DNA of 63,832 nt, filler included, from Kipferlia bialata (Eukaryota): the NCBI GenBank assembly GCA_003568945.1. It is 7 parts of 7 records of this genome, joined end to end, with 100 filler letters (N's around TTAATTAATTAA, not from the genome) between each part and the next. Parts side by side here need not be neighbours in the genome. Positions count along the whole stretch, not along the records: positions 22,253 to 33,272 come from BDIP01001311.1; positions 33,373 to 44,384 come from BDIP01001312.1; 5 more parts are not named here. One strand, 5' to 3'. Positions 24,155 through 37,765 of this stretch are shown in pieces. Under the pieces are notes generated by a model, which was given only the letters and a program-made list of their open reading frames with translations, made no database searches and was not told where the DNA came from. Numbering within the stretch: position 1 is the stretch's first letter; every line of letters begins with the position of its first letter. A program made the translations under genes and the position numbers.

Positions 24155-25273
24155 TTAGTCATAGTACACATCTGACTCCTCCAATACCCCTCCTGTCTCA
24201 GCCGGCACTATCCCTTCATCGACATCCTCTGTACATGCGTCAGGGTTTATAATGGCAGGTGGGTACATCAGGGTGGCTATGCATGCCCTCCTCCTCTCTG
24301 AGTGGTTGTAGCAGACAGCCGCTGTACACTCATCCAGGGCCACCAGCTTGGGATAGGGGTACCCCCCAACACTACATGCACCCATATCCACCCACTCCTG
24401 ACTCACGGTGTCATATGCATACAGGCACTTGGCCCTGGGTGAGAGGGCTAGGATATACCTACCCAGTCGTAGAGTGGCTGCCCCCTTTGCTATGAAGGGG
24501 AGGGCAGACACACTCCTAGACCCCTCCTGGGTAGTGATCATGTGCCTCCCATGCGTCACCCTCACACACCCCTCCTCCCTATCACTCCCTGTGGCATAGG
24601 AGGTACCTGCATATACACCTGCAGTAGAGGCACTCCACCTACTCCATAGCCTGGTCTCGGTGTCAAAGGCGTAGTTACCTGTCACACCATGTTCAGAATC
24701 CGGGTAGAGCTCTGAGTCGACAGAGCAGCTACCCCCAATGATCACCAGTCTATGCCCCACACCCACTGCGAGGTGGTTAATCCTGCTACACGGCCACACC
24801 TCCTGAGGGGGTACGGATGCACTCCCTCCTAACCGTGTCCTCACTCTACGCTTGAACCGGTGCCAGCTGCTCTCCGAAGGGTTGCGCAGTGTCTCCCACT
24901 GGTAGGTGTCCAGGGATAGGATGTGGAGGTCACTGGTATACTCAGAGTTGCCACGCACCCCTCCAAACGCATACACACACCCTCCCACCCTAGTCAGTGA
25001 GTAGCCAGTGGGGTTACCAGGAGGGAGAGAGATGCCGCAGTCTCTGACGAGAGAGAGAGGGTCGGAACTGGAGGCACGGGTGAGGAGAGCACACTCACGG
25101 GTGGTTCTCTTGTATATGTCTCTCTCCTTTGGATCTGTCACAGATAGGGAGCAGAGGATGGTATTCTCTGTTATAGACACACATGCCTGTATGCCTAGGG
25201 TGGGCTGGAGCACAAGGGCTGAATAGTCCCACTCCGGTGTCATGCTACTAGGACGCTGTGGCTTGACTGACAT
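24155..25273 (-). CDS. Kelch-repeat beta-propeller protein
   Basis: GYSLTRVGGCVYAFGG...SDLHILSLDTYQW, PCSRINHLAVGVGHRLVIIGG and YAYDTVSQEW. The start is placed at the Met after the poly-G tract. Confidence 0.85.
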   Translation of the reverse strand: MSVKPQRPSSMTPEWDYSALVLQPTLGIQACVSITENTILCSLSVTDPKERDIYKRTTRECALLTRASSSDPLSLVRDCGISLPPGNPTGYSLTRVGGCVYAFGGVRGNSEYTSDLHILSLDTYQWETLRNPSESSWHRFKRRVRTRLGGSASVPPQEVWPCSRINHLAVGVGHRLVIIGGSCSVDSELYPDSEHGVTGNYAFDTETRLWSRWSASTAGVYAGTSYATGSDREEGCVRVTHGRHMITTQEGSRSVSALPFIAKGAATLRLGRYILALSPRAKCLYAYDTVSQEWVDMGACSVGGYPYPKLVALDECTAAVCYNHSERRRACIATLMYPPAIINPDACTEDVDEGIVPAETGGVLEESDVYYD

Positions 25274-25375
25274 GGATAGAGGGCAGACACTGGGTGTGGG
25301 TCTAAGTACGAAATGGACATCTAATAATCTCTGGATTGGGGGGGGGGGGGGGGGGGGGGGGGGTTCCCCAAAAAA

Positions 25376-25406
<31 letters not shown>

Positions 25407-26123
25407 GAGAGAGAGAGAGAGGGAGACGGGGAGAGAGAGAGAGAGAGAGAATATGTCCGATCAAGCCCGAGAGAAGTGGGCTGAAGAAGAGACTGATCCA
25501 GTGAAGACACTCCTCATGGCATGTATCGCCATTCATAATAACACATATACAGTAACACACCTATTGTTACCACATGCCACCATTGAGTAGCACCCCACCT
25601 CACGAGGGGGGAGGGGTACCTGGGGTGGGAGTATATACTGTATATACGCACAGTATGTATTGACCCTTGGATAATGGAGAACGGAGACACATGACATGTA
25701 TACAAGGCAAAGAATCGACCACGCAACCACAATCCCTGTCTCACCTTGGTGAACTCTAGGGACTCGGCCATCACAAGAGGGTAGGGTGGCCCTCCGGTAT
25801 GGTAGAGAGAGACAGTAACTGGTCACCAGTTCCACACCGAAATGAACTTAAGGTCGTCAGTCAGGCTGTTTTAGGCTAAAACTCAGACTTAGTTCTTCTA
25901 GCCTGCACATGGTGGACAAGTCCAATACTCTCCTCAGTCTGCGAGTGACAGGTCTGTTCTGTTCCAGATACTGGTTGCCCAGGTAACTGAGTGAATACAA
26001 TTCACTGAGAGAGATACCAGTGAGAAGTGTTGGTAGCAGAAATATGTCACTCATCATACACATACCAAACACTCTTCCATTTGTCATACTGACCCACAGA
26101 TGGCAGGTTATCAGCGCCCCTCC

Positions 26124-29100
26124 ATGGGGTATAACCTGCTGCTTGCTCTACTCTTCCTGCTCTCCCTGTCCAGTGGGGTGGCCTCCCTCTCTCTGTTTGG
26201 GCCTGATGACGACTCTGGCCCACACGACTCATACGGCAATGGTGAGTGCCCCTCCCCCTTTCCTATAGTGCCCAGATAGTTATGAATGGGTGGTTGTGAT
26301 GTCAGTTACATGTCTATTGTCATTTAGCTGACATATGGCGGGATACTATACCAGATATAGAGATCGTGTATTGCCCCATTCACTTCCACACCGCCATATG
26401 CTCAGTCAAGTTGATACCTGACTCTTTGCTATGTTTTAACCGCAGGCTCCTCCCCTGGGGTGTTTACCACTGGCATACTGGTAACAGAGGCCCAGGTCCG
26501 TTGTGGTCTACACGCATTCACCATCACTCTCCACACCGATTTCACCCCATATTGGCCCAACTCCCCACAAGCACTGGCATACTGGTAACTGAGGTCCAGG
26601 TGAGATGCCGTTGTGGTCTACACGCATTGTGACTATCCTTTCCACACCGATTTCACCCCATATTGGCCCAACTCTACACTAACACTCCATTGGCATATAT
26701 CCAAGAGCATGCCTGCTATTCTCTGACCCCCAGGCTAGTGATGGATACCCTGACTCCATGGTGGTGGATGGACCCATCGCACTGGCAGGTGGGAATATGA
26801 GTATATATATATACAGAGAGAGGGGGGGGGGGATGGAGTGACTAGCCGATTTATGATCACTTATAGGAATACATTCGTAAGTGGAAGATGAGACAGGTGA
26901 AATATTACTTTCCCCCAATGTCAGGTGTTCCCCCTCCCTCTAACCCCTAGGCAACTGGGCGGTGGTATCGGCACAAGGTAGGGTTATCACTGTGCAGTAT
27001 GTCCGCCTCCTTTGCAACTCGGCCCGTTCCTTGTTTTGTTCTGTTCTGTCTCATCCTGTGCTACTCATTCCTCCCCTGTATATAGATGTATGATTCATGT
27101 ACATATTTACAAACATATTACTATATATACATGTACTCCCCCCAGTCAACTCTGGCGACGCCCACTGTTCACAAACTAGCGTATACACACTACACTACTA
27201 ATGTACTTATAGTATAGGCTCTACACGTTCTATAATTATGTCTTTCCTTAGCCTATCCCTTCTGTACGAGACCCTCTGTCATATGGACAGTATACACGCT
27301 ATACTTCTAATATACATACACACTTCTCAACACCCACCCCAGCCCTCCTAGACGACACCCTCTGTGATGCAGTCATTGTATACCACTACGTTGAGGAGAG
27401 AGACGAGTACTACCGTTACTACAACAAGTGGGAGGCGGCAGCAAACCTTGCTGGTACCCTTCCTGCTCTGTCTGCTGAGAGACTGGTATTGAGGTGAGAG
27501 GCACTCTCACAGCTATGTCCGCCAGTTTGAAGTTATAGAACTTGACGGCACTACGAACTATGATTTCACTGTCAATCGTTTTCTATCGCGTATACTCCCC
27601 TCACCCCAGGTCCAGCCTTGGCACTCTGTCCACGTATGACCTCAGTGGAGACAGCCCTGTCCTAGAGGCATCAACAGAGGTACTCCATTGTGATAGAGAG
27701 ACAGCACTCTTCTGAAACTACAGTGAATACATATCTTAGGTGTCGATTAGGCGGCCTAATTTAGGCCTATACAAATATAGAATACAACATCGACACTGTC
27801 GATGTAGCGTACCTTAGTATAATACTCTTGTCAAATACTCACTTCAGGTCTCTCTGGCCTCTGACTCCTCCACCGTCACTGCCCTCTCTCTCTCTGGGGA
27901 CACACTAGTGGTGGGCACCAGTGACTCTAGGGTGTTTGTGTACACACTCTCTCAGTCCCCCGACTGGCTGTGGAGCCTCACAGCTGAGCTCCTGCCTATT
28001 GTACCTGTACTAGGTGTCGGCTCAGGCTTTGGCCTAGCTCTAGACCTCCTCATCCCCTCACTGGTCTCCACAACGATGGAGAGTGACTATTACGCTAGAG
28101 TGGCCGTTAGTACCCCGACATACGCAAGCGTGGAGGGGACTGAGGTTGTTGACGGTGACAGCTACCCCTGTGTGTACATCTTTGAGACTGGCTCAGAGGG
28201 TGCAGACTGGACACAGACTGGGGTGGTGAGGGTGACTGAGGACGTCTCGCCTGACACTGACTCCCTCTCCTTAGGCCGCACTGTATCCCTGTCTGAAGGC
28301 GCAGTGGCATTCAACTATTGGCACCCTAACCTGAAGACCGCCCCTGACTATCCTGTAGTCCAGACATACTCACCGTGTGTAAGCGGCCATACTGTGTCGA
28401 GTGGAGTTGTGAGTGAATGGTGCTTGGTGGAATCCACCCCAGGCCAACACACTTCTTACGCCGTGCACAACTACTTCGGCATGTCATCTGGTGGCCTAAG
28501 TGCCTCTCTGGCGGTCTCTAGCCAGGTTGCTATACCCAGTTATGTCCCGAACTACGACTACTACCAAAACAGCTACCACCCGTCAGTCAGAATCCTCAAC
28601 AGTAGTGATTGGGAAGCGTCCACCAACGCCTCCTTTAGGGAGTTTGAAGTGCTAGTCGGAGTGACAAGTGTCGCCAATGAGTGTCGGCCAGCGTATGAGA
28701 AGTACCCACAAGGACAGGGAGAGAGGCTGATACTTCAGGTCTTACTATCTTGTATGCAACTCCCACTCTCCCTACCGCGAGATACTATGCCTCTTACCTC
28801 AGTGTGGTACGTCTGTCCTCATATACTCCAGCGAGAACGAGTACTCCTTGGCGCAAGTACACTATGGGCAGAACGTGGTCACGTACTCATACACATCAGC
28901 CAGTGACACATCATATGAGTGCCCGTCTCTTGACGTCTGTGTGGTGAACGAGGATTACTACTACTCTGTGCAGCCCTATGACGATATTGCACCCAACGAG
29001 TTTTGGTCATATGATGGGACCCACGCGTATGCGTCTCTGTATGTGGTACCAGGCTTTACATACATGATCCCTGGCGCTGGGGGCATGTCAATGCTCATCC

Positions 29101-31202
29101 CTGCTGGCACATACACCACTCCCCTGTGGTCACCCATGCTGGTGACAGTGGGGTGTCTTGGGTTGGGAGTGGTGGTGTCACTCTGCCTCGGCAAGAGACT
29201 GAGACGTACTCGGACAGAGACGCTGCACGACACACACACTTGGGATTCTGAGTTACACGCTACGTCGAGTGCCAGTGAGGTTCCAAAGTGGCTGCAGCAC
29301 CTGTATGTGTTCCTCTCCACCCTTTTGCTCTCGGCAGCCAAAGTGGTACTAGTTATAGCAGATGTGTTCTCAGTGTCGATGCTAGTGTCCTACCTATGCT
29401 GGCCGGGACAAACAGATCCTAAAGAATCATGCGTCTTTGTACAAGCTGTGTGGGAGTGGGTACAAAGGGGGCTTGAGAGGCAGGTGTGGCCATACTACGT
29501 ATCCTTTCACGCCATCAACCGCCCCACGCTGCTAGATATCTACCTGTTCCCTGCTGTGGCCATTGTGGTGACAGTCACTCTCCTGTCTTTCCTCCGGAAG
29601 GCCATTGTGCATGTCCACCCTACCCTTCGTGTCCTCCTCAGTGGAGTGTACATGCTGGTAGATGCAGTGAGTAGGATTGTCTTTGTCATACTCCTCAGTC
29701 CCATCTGGGACCTGGTCTCTGTCAGCCATGTGGACGGGAGGGGCCTTGCCGTCATCGCAGGATGCTTATGTATCATGGTGGTATGCATAGTCTATGATGG
29801 ACCCTCGTGGTACCTATACCTATGTACGAGCCTGAAGACATGTCTTAGCCCTGTTGTCTCTGCTATGGGGAGGACACTATCCAGATGGTTCAGGTCTCTG
29901 TGTGGACTGTTTGGCCTGAAGGACCCCGTCCCCTCCATGGCTAAGTGTGTATGGGTGGGTCTCCTCATCGTCCTGTTAGACCTCTTCACAGTCTACAGCG
30001 TCATCTACACTGGGCCACACCACTATATACGCGGCAACACCACATTTATCATTGTGGCACTGGTGCTGAGGTTTGTGGGACCTGTTGTGTATGGAGTTAC
30101 ACATGGCGGGATGGGCACCGTGCTGATGCTGGAGCTCACTGACCTGTGGGTCGTACTCTATCTCGCCTACATGGCAGTTAGTATTGCGGCTGGATGCGTT
30201 GTCTTTGTCACTCTGCTTATCAACTCGATTGTCACGCCTGTCCTTCTGGCAGTTCCAGGTCTGCTAGCCAGTGTGGTTGGTGTCTACCCAGCGGACACTG
30301 TCTGCACTGATACATCAATGGATGTGCACTACAGTGACAGGAGTGGTGTCAAGAGTGCTCTAAAGATGAGTGCCTGGCTCTGCATAGTATGGCAGCTAGT
30401 GAGCATTCCCTTTATGTACCACAGTCGGTGTCTGTTCACCCTCTTCTGGCTGACCATGAGTATGCTACTGGTCAAGAAGATTGACAGCAACATGCTGGAG
30501 CCATATCACACTCTGAAGAGACTGGATAGGAAGGGTGTGACAAGGGGCAGATCCCATTCTGACGTGTGTGAGAAGGGAGACATGTACGAGACAGGGGGCT
30601 ACAACTCAGACCCTGCAGTTACAGAGGGTGATGACAGTTCCCTCCACACTCTGGAGATGGCTGGTGTGCCTCTCTCTTTGCAGGCTGACCTTGCCGTATC
30701 CCACATGTCCCTGGCCCTCTACGCTATACCCTATGTCGGCCCGACATGCCGCATGATCTCATGCCGCCTCACCTCTCCCTCTCTCAGCGGCAGTGTCAAG
30801 AATGGAAGTGGGAACAGACTGCCTTGGGTGCTGAACGTAGTCGGTGCGCTGTGCCTGCTCTATGGTGGATTGGCCATGTGGGCAGGGGGCTCAATGCTAT
30901 CAAGCTTGACTCTAGTGACATACGTCTTTGTCCTCCAGCAGGTCCTTGATGCATTCTGGATGGGCAGGAGACTCTTGGGTGTAACCAAGGCGACAGGGAA
31001 GAAGGTTGGTGATAGGGATCTCGCAGGTGACAAGGAGAAACAGATGTTGATGGAGGAGGAGGAGCTTCTGGGGGATGGTCAGATGCCAACGCCTAACCCC
31101 AACGAGGAGCACGTGCCTCTGCTAGGGGCAGACTACCAACCTGTCAATGGGCATCAGAGTGTACAGGTTGTGGGGGACTGGATGGAGAGCTACAACCAGT
31201 AG
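26124..31202 (+). CDS. Large membrane protein: signal peptide, propeller-like ectodomain and more than 10 TM segments. The two long ORFs are joined by a 46-nt intron at 28693-28738
   Basis: MGYNLLLALLFLLSLSSGVA signal peptide and FG-GAP-like strands (GDTLVVG, GFGLALDL, VYIFE...WTQ, LGRTVSLS). Removing the GT..AG intron restores frame into the 784-aa hydrophobic ORF. Confidence 0.7.
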
Positions 31203-31599
31203 AGTAGATTGTGTTGTTATGTGGATAGTAATAGAGTGTCTATGTGTGATCGAACCCCTTGCAATGAGTGACAGATCAACATGTTTAATTAACACTATTT
31301 CGAAGCCTTGCGGGGAAGTGCAACTTCATTGGACACACCAGATGTAGAACAGTTCTACAGTAGAACTTACCTCAGCCTGTCTTATGCTAAAGTCCAGACT
31401 TAATAGGTTTTACTTGCGGCCAAGCCTGACTGTAGACCCACCTACCCGATAATGTTGGCCTGAGTCTCCTCTATACCCACAGTATATCTCTGCTGACAGC
31501 ACACGTGCCATTATACTTGATAAAGATGGCTGGTGACCAGAGGCACTACGTGGACTTCCTATTTGTACTGCCAGCTAAGAGGTGATGGAGTAGTCACAT

Positions 31600-33122
31600 G
31601 CATGACGAGTGTGTACACCGTGTATTCTCATGCCAGCGCTGTCACTGTCTACTTCTCTGACGGGAACTGGAAGAAGGGCCACTTTGCACACAGGCTGCTC
31701 CGGTATGCCATGTTTAGAGATGTGCTCTGTATACTCGCATGTTGTAATGTTATGTGTTATGTGCATGTGTGGCATGGTCAAGTACTCGAGGACGATGCCC
31801 CGTGCACTGCTCAGGTATAACACCTCAGTGTTATTACACTATCTCCCTCGAATTGCGTTATCCTCACATAGGCACAAGGATCTAGATGTCGTTCACCTGC
31901 GCAAGTCCGTGAACACCAACCAGAGCCTATTCTTCAAGGTACTATATGTATATCCCTGTCTCTCCAGTATTGTCAATGGTACCTACAAGAATACTGTCCT
32001 GGAGAACATCCTTCTGAAGGATGATCCTTCACCACCAGTGCATGACAAAGAAGGGAGGGGACAAGACATACAAGTGGGAAGGCACCCAGTACCACCCCTT
32101 CATGACAAAGAACTCTACCTCCCACTCCAACAGGTCAGTGATATACATTTCGATAAGACCAATTGTGTGTCAGTCTCTCCCTGGACGCTCTTAGTGCAGG
32201 TTCCTCCATGCCTCCTCTGGCGATGAGATATACCTGGGGTCCGTCAACCACCGAGCCTGGATCAAGCCTGGCCAGGGTGTCACTATGTCTAGCCAGCGTT
32301 TAGCACTGCTTGTGGCGACAGCTCTTAGGTGGGCGTTGTGTTGCTTCTATGCTCCCGAGACATTTGCGATTTCTCTTTCACACAGGTGGTTCTCAGACAG
32401 AAAGGGACTGGCATGCTGCATCAGAGTGCTCACCATGCACACAAAGGTCTTTACCGTCCCAGACTCAGGGCCGGACCTCCCATACACAGCAACTTCATGC
32501 CCGTCGTGTATCACAGACGCTCATGACAACATCACCGACGCCATAATGGTCTCTCGCACTCTGCAGGGCCTTCCAGGGAGAGTCTGCTCGGCTGGTTTGT
32601 ACCAGGCATACGGGAGAGGGTCCCAGGTTAGTTGACTGTCAATACATCGGCCATCGGTACTGTAGAATCCGCCAGATTACTATCCAACTCACTCTAGGCA
32701 AAGGCCTTCGCTGGTGGTTCCAACACCCAGGTGGGTAAACATGACACGCACTGCTGTCATATAGGACACTCGTGTCGCGTTCAATACTCAATATTTCTCT
32801 AGTGATGGCGTATGTACAATATTAATAATGTCCTACTATATATTGCGATTCTATATACAGTGTATATAATAATTATACTATGTAGTGTATTATTCGTGAC
32901 TTACATTAGGGAGTACCCAAGAATGCGGCCCATGGTATTGCAAGGGACATACTTGAATGCCAAGAGAGACTGAGTGTGTACAAGGATGCTCTGACGGGTG
33001 ACATCGACGATCTCTCCAGAAAGGAAGCTCTGGTCGGGTGCATGGAGATGATGCAGCGCATACTAGACTACGAGACGCTGCTGGAGGAGGAGAGGGTCAC
33101 TGTGCAGGCAACTTGCCTGTAG
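31600..33122 (+). CDS. Possible multi-exon hypothetical gene or remnant
   Basis: Several GT/AG-bounded coding-like blocks ending ...LLEEERVTVQATCL*. The model is not fully resolved. Confidence 0.3.
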
Positions 33123-33272
33123 GGCTTCTTAAAAGTTGGCCTTGACCACTTTTTGTAGGGTGGCCGATATTTTCGAGTTGGCCGGGCCGGTCAGGCAATA
33201 ATAGTTTGCCGTGGCTGAAATAGTTGGCCGGAGCCTCTAGAGGCCTGTTTGAGGGCCCTGGGGCCTCAAAAA
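33120..33272. mobile_element. Possible DNA-transposon/MITE end at the scaffold break
   Basis: Abrupt switch to TAGGG-starting sequence with repeated TTGGCC/GGCC motifs, running into the scaffold end. The other terminus is not visible. Confidence 0.25.
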
Positions 33273-33372
33273 NNNNNNNNNNNNNNNNNNNNNNNNNNNN
33301 NNNNNNNNNNNNNNNNTTAATTAATTAANNNNNNNNNNNNNNNNNNNNNNNNNNNNNNNNNNNNNNNNNNNN

Positions 33373-33422
<50 letters not shown>

Positions 33423-33538
33423 GACATCAGAGAGAGAGAGAGAGAGACAGGGCAATGCTATGGTGTATCTGTGTACCTCAGCTGCGAGTAGCACCACCAT
33501 GTGAGAGAGAGATAGGGCAATGGTATTCACACATACAT

Positions 33539-33572
<34 letters not shown>

Positions 33573-33582
33573 GTCATTGTAC

Positions 33583-34291
33583 CTCAGCTGCGAGTAGCAC
33601 CACCGTGGTGAATGCAGTGTAGGACAGGGCAGTGACTGGGGGTCAGATACTCAGAAAGAGAGAATAAGAAGAGAGAGAGAGAGAGAGAGTACCTGGGTGG
33701 GTGAGACACTGCTTGTGTATCATCTTCGACACATCCTTGGGGAGGGCCTTGCGAAGGTCCTTAGGGAGGCCCTGGGTGAGGGGAGAGAGAGAGAGAGGAA
33801 GGGGTTGTGAACTGTGAGAGGGTGTGTGTCGGGGGGGGGGGAGTGTGCGTATGTATAGAACATACCAGGGGCATACAGGGCAGGCCAATGCACACATTGC
33901 CAGTGTATGTCACACCCTCAGTCTCAGCCTCGGAGGTGAAGCCAATGAGTGTCCTTGGGTGAGGGAAATATGTGGAAAGGAAGAGAGTTCTAGTGGTGTA
34001 TGGATGTATGTATGTACCTACTCGATACAGATAGAGAGAGTACCTATGAAATGTGAGCATCAGCTGCAGGGCCTTGTCCACATCACCCTTGGGTCCAAAG
34101 GCATCAAACAGAGGCAGGGAGGGGAGCTCACTCTGCTGTTAGGGGGTATTGAGACTATTTGACAAGTGATCAGAGTATACCAACTTCTCTGTATCAGTAC
34201 CGTGTGTGCTACACTCCAGAGTACCAACCTGGATATGGGCACTCACTGCACCGAAGGCAGGTTGGAAGGGGGTGACGTACTGAAGGGGCAT
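33583..34291 (-). CDS. Hypothetical multi-exon protein, 3' incomplete
   Basis: MPLQYVTPFQPAFGAVSAHIQ... with five phase-consistent exons and consensus splice sites. Confidence 0.6.
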
Positions 34292-35047
34292 CGAAAGAGA
34301 GGCGTATCTTATAATCCAAGTGAAGATATAGTTACACGAGTTCATCCGGTTTCACACGGCATCAGACGACGGATAAACGGAGGAAAGTCTCAGATTGTCT
34401 CAGACTGAGACTCTCAGACAACTTTCACATTCACAACACAGTGAATTTATCAATCGACACCATCAATTCTGGAGGGATAAGGCTCATCTACCACCAATAT
34501 CTGTGCTGCCATGATAGTGACTGGCATATGGGGAAGAGTATGGGACAGGTCAAAACACCATACTCCCGGCACTGTGATAGATCTAGAATAGAACTAGATC
34601 TGCAGCAGCGCCATAATACTATCCTTATACGGATATACATAAATAGCAACCCAGTCCCGTGACGTACAACGACACCAGCAGGGAAGGGTGTATGAGCTCC
34701 CCCACGAGGGATACCCTGTATACCACACAAATGGTGACACCTCCGCACTTGGGATAGGAGGGGGAACACTGATACAGCAACACTGGCGTACACACGGGTG
34801 CGTCCTAAGTGCTGACTCTACACGCAATTATTACAGAAGGCCCTTCGGATAGGCATGTTCCTGTGCATAGACGCATGGGGAAGGGTCCCTGTACTCAGCG
34901 CACTCAGATATGACGATGGGACCATCCAACAAGGGGTACGTACCAGGCAGAGAGTCTGGATATAACCCTACGCAGTAGCCGATGGGACAGTGTGTTCATC
35001 AACCCAGTGGCTCCAGTGACTGATGGATGTACCCTGACATGGGTCAT

Positions 35048-37573
35048 CTAGACTCCATGCATAAGGTTAGGCCTAGGGGTCACTGAGCACTTCGGCTCCT
35101 ACCAGTCAGTGTGTCATGGAAGTGAGGTCATCTCAAAGATACATATACTGCACATATACACACCCATCCCCACCTGACCACCATGGCACTCAGTGCCTCG
35201 TACCACTCCTGCTGTAGTCTGACAGTCTCAGCCCCATCAGACCCATCCACCACCAGCCACCACGTCCTGGGGGTGGGGGTCTATATGAGTGGTATGTCTC
35301 TCTTTCCACATCTCTCTGTATACACATCTCCCCACCTGTCTGGCTGGACCAGTCTGATCATGGGTCGGTCCCAGCTGGAGGGGGACGGCTGGGGTCAGAA
35401 TATACACATACTTGGATACACGTGGAAACCTATAATATGGCAATGTCTACTATATCACGCATACCCCACGTATGCATATTCTGGACACCAACCTCTGCCA
35501 CTGCGATGTCTGCCAGGTGACACTACCTATACATACATACACACATATCTATCTATCTATCTATCTATCTATATATATGTATATACCTCTGCCACTGCTA
35601 TGTCTGCCAGGTGTGACACCAGGATGGCCCCCTTGGGAGAGGGGTCAGTCGGGGAGGCATAGTACCTGGGGGGTAGGGGAAGGTATATTCCACTAAATAT
35701 AAATATACATACACTAGACACCCCATACTACCCCCTGTACCTGATGAGTGGGTCCTCCACACTGACTGTGAACCACCTTCTCTTCCAGCTCTTCCTCACT
35801 GCACCCCTCTTGTACAGCCACCCAGACAGGTGGCCTGGGGTAAGAGAGGCTATATTCATAGTGGCACAATGCATGCACTGTGTGTCTGTCCACCCTCTCC
35901 CAACCTGTAAACGATGTGTGTCTGTCTGGGGCCAGGGGCACCTTGGGCTGGAAGACCAGGGACTGGGGGGTCAGGGGGGTATACACATATATATACACTT
36001 GATACCACGGCATCAACATATATGTACATATGCATCCTCCCACCTTGATGTCGATGGATGCAGATGGGGGAGCAGCAGTCCCCTCTTCCTCTCCCTCCCC
36101 CTCTCCCTCCTCCTCCTCCTCCTCCTCCTCTGCCCTCTCCAGTCTGTCTGACACCACAGACACCAGATCCCTATACACCTCCAGGGTCTGACAGTTAGAG
36201 TGGAGTCTATCAACATAAGAAATATACCTTAAGTATACCTGAGTAGTACTCACATGTGCCTAAGCTCGTGTCCCAGCCACATCCCTGTCAGCATGTACCA
36301 TGTGTCACAATATATATATGCAATGTATAACTATATAGTATATGAATAATGATATATCAATTGCCACTGAATGCCCCCACCTCACCGTGCCCCCCATCCA
36401 TCCCAGCCATGTGTGAGATGAGACCCCTCACGGCACCCAGGTCAGGTGCATCAGATATACACTCAGCAGCGTCAGTGGCAGTGGCACGTGTCTCCCTCTT
36501 CCTCTTTGATCTCCTCCCCCTCCCCACCCCCTCCACCACCTGCATGAGTGTATCCCTCATGTCACACACATCCAGAGAGACCACTGACTCAGGGGTGGGG
36601 ACAGAGGGTGTGGGTGTGGTACCAGTGTGGCAGTTGTTACCCCCTGCCTCTCCAGCCTCATTAGTCTCGGACTCACCGGTCTCTGTCTCTGCCTCTGCCT
36701 CTGCCTCTGCCCCCACCCACCCTGTCACACTAGTGTCTGATAGTTGGGTGTATAGCTTGGTGAACCTCCCATCTGCATCACCCACTGTCATGCACCGCTG
36801 CACAACACACTCCCAGGCTGGGGGTGAGGTACTCAACATATCCTAAGGAGTATATACACTATTACATAGTCCCAGGCATGGGTGAGAGGATGGGGAGTAT
36901 TACATATAGATCTAATTCATACTCAACTTATGCTACGTGTACGAAACTCCAATGAGAGAAAGGAAGAGGTAGAGTCACACACCTGCCCCACCCATTGGTG
37001 CGTATGTAGAGACGTATGCAGCTATGGCTGACACTGTCTGTAGTAACAGTGTGAGAGAGGTGGCCTGGGCAGCAGAGGACCCGTCCATCCTGAGGGGTCG
37101 GGGTATTATATATGTACATGTATATATAGTGTGTATGGACTGAGGGTGTCTTTGATTGGAGAGGGAGAGAAGCATACCCCACACATCCTTGTCTCCACCG
37201 TCATCCGACTAGATCTACCATATCATTAGAGTAGAACTAACTGACTCCATCAACATGCGGATTGCATATATACCTCCTTGTCTCCACCCTCCTGAGTCCA
37301 CTCTCCAGTGTGGCCACTGTCTCACACAGGGTGCGGCACTTGTGACTCAGGGGGTGGGGGGAGGTGGGGGAGTGCTTGTCCTGGGGTTGGTAAGAATAAA
37401 TGGGAAGAGAGACAAGGATTTGGAAGAACATTGGTGTGATAGCATGTATCTGAGACTATGTGAGAACGCATATGTGTTATACACTAGTATACTCTGCGTG
37501 TACCTGCAATTCTGCCAGCTGTGCCATGTGTGTCATGATACTACCAATCCCTCTCTCTCTCTCAGTATATATT

Positions 37574-37618
<45 letters not shown>

Positions 37619-37694
37619 CCTGTAACTGTGCCAGCTGTGCCATGTGTGTCATGATGCTGCCCAGGGTGGCCACGGGGTCACACCCATCACTCAT
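35048..37694 (-). CDS. C-terminal PH-domain protein
   Basis: Spliced GHLSGWLYKRGAVRKSWKRRWFTV...RYYASPTDPSPKGAILV...QQEWYEALSAM is a canonical PH domain. Confidence 0.85.
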
Positions 37695-37765
37695 CTATGG
37701 ACACACACAGATACAGGGGTGGTAGGTGTGTAGAACAGTAAGAGAGAGAGGTGAATTGAATCCCA

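Noticed and set aside
25337..25450. Poly-Pro N-terminal extension of the Kelch ORF; also the poly-C/poly-G tract at 57067-57155
   Set aside because: Homopolymer tracts like those at scaffold ends, likely intronic sequence or assembly joins rather than coding or a real hairpin.
28693..28906. Apparent frameshift or overlap between the 332-aa and 784-aa ORFs
   Set aside because: Explained by a 46-nt GT-AG intron at 28693-28738.
31640..31705. FSDGNWKKGH resembling the DGNF motif of KDZ/Zisupton transposases
   Set aside because: No other KDZ motifs were found in the neighbouring exons. One short motif is insufficient.
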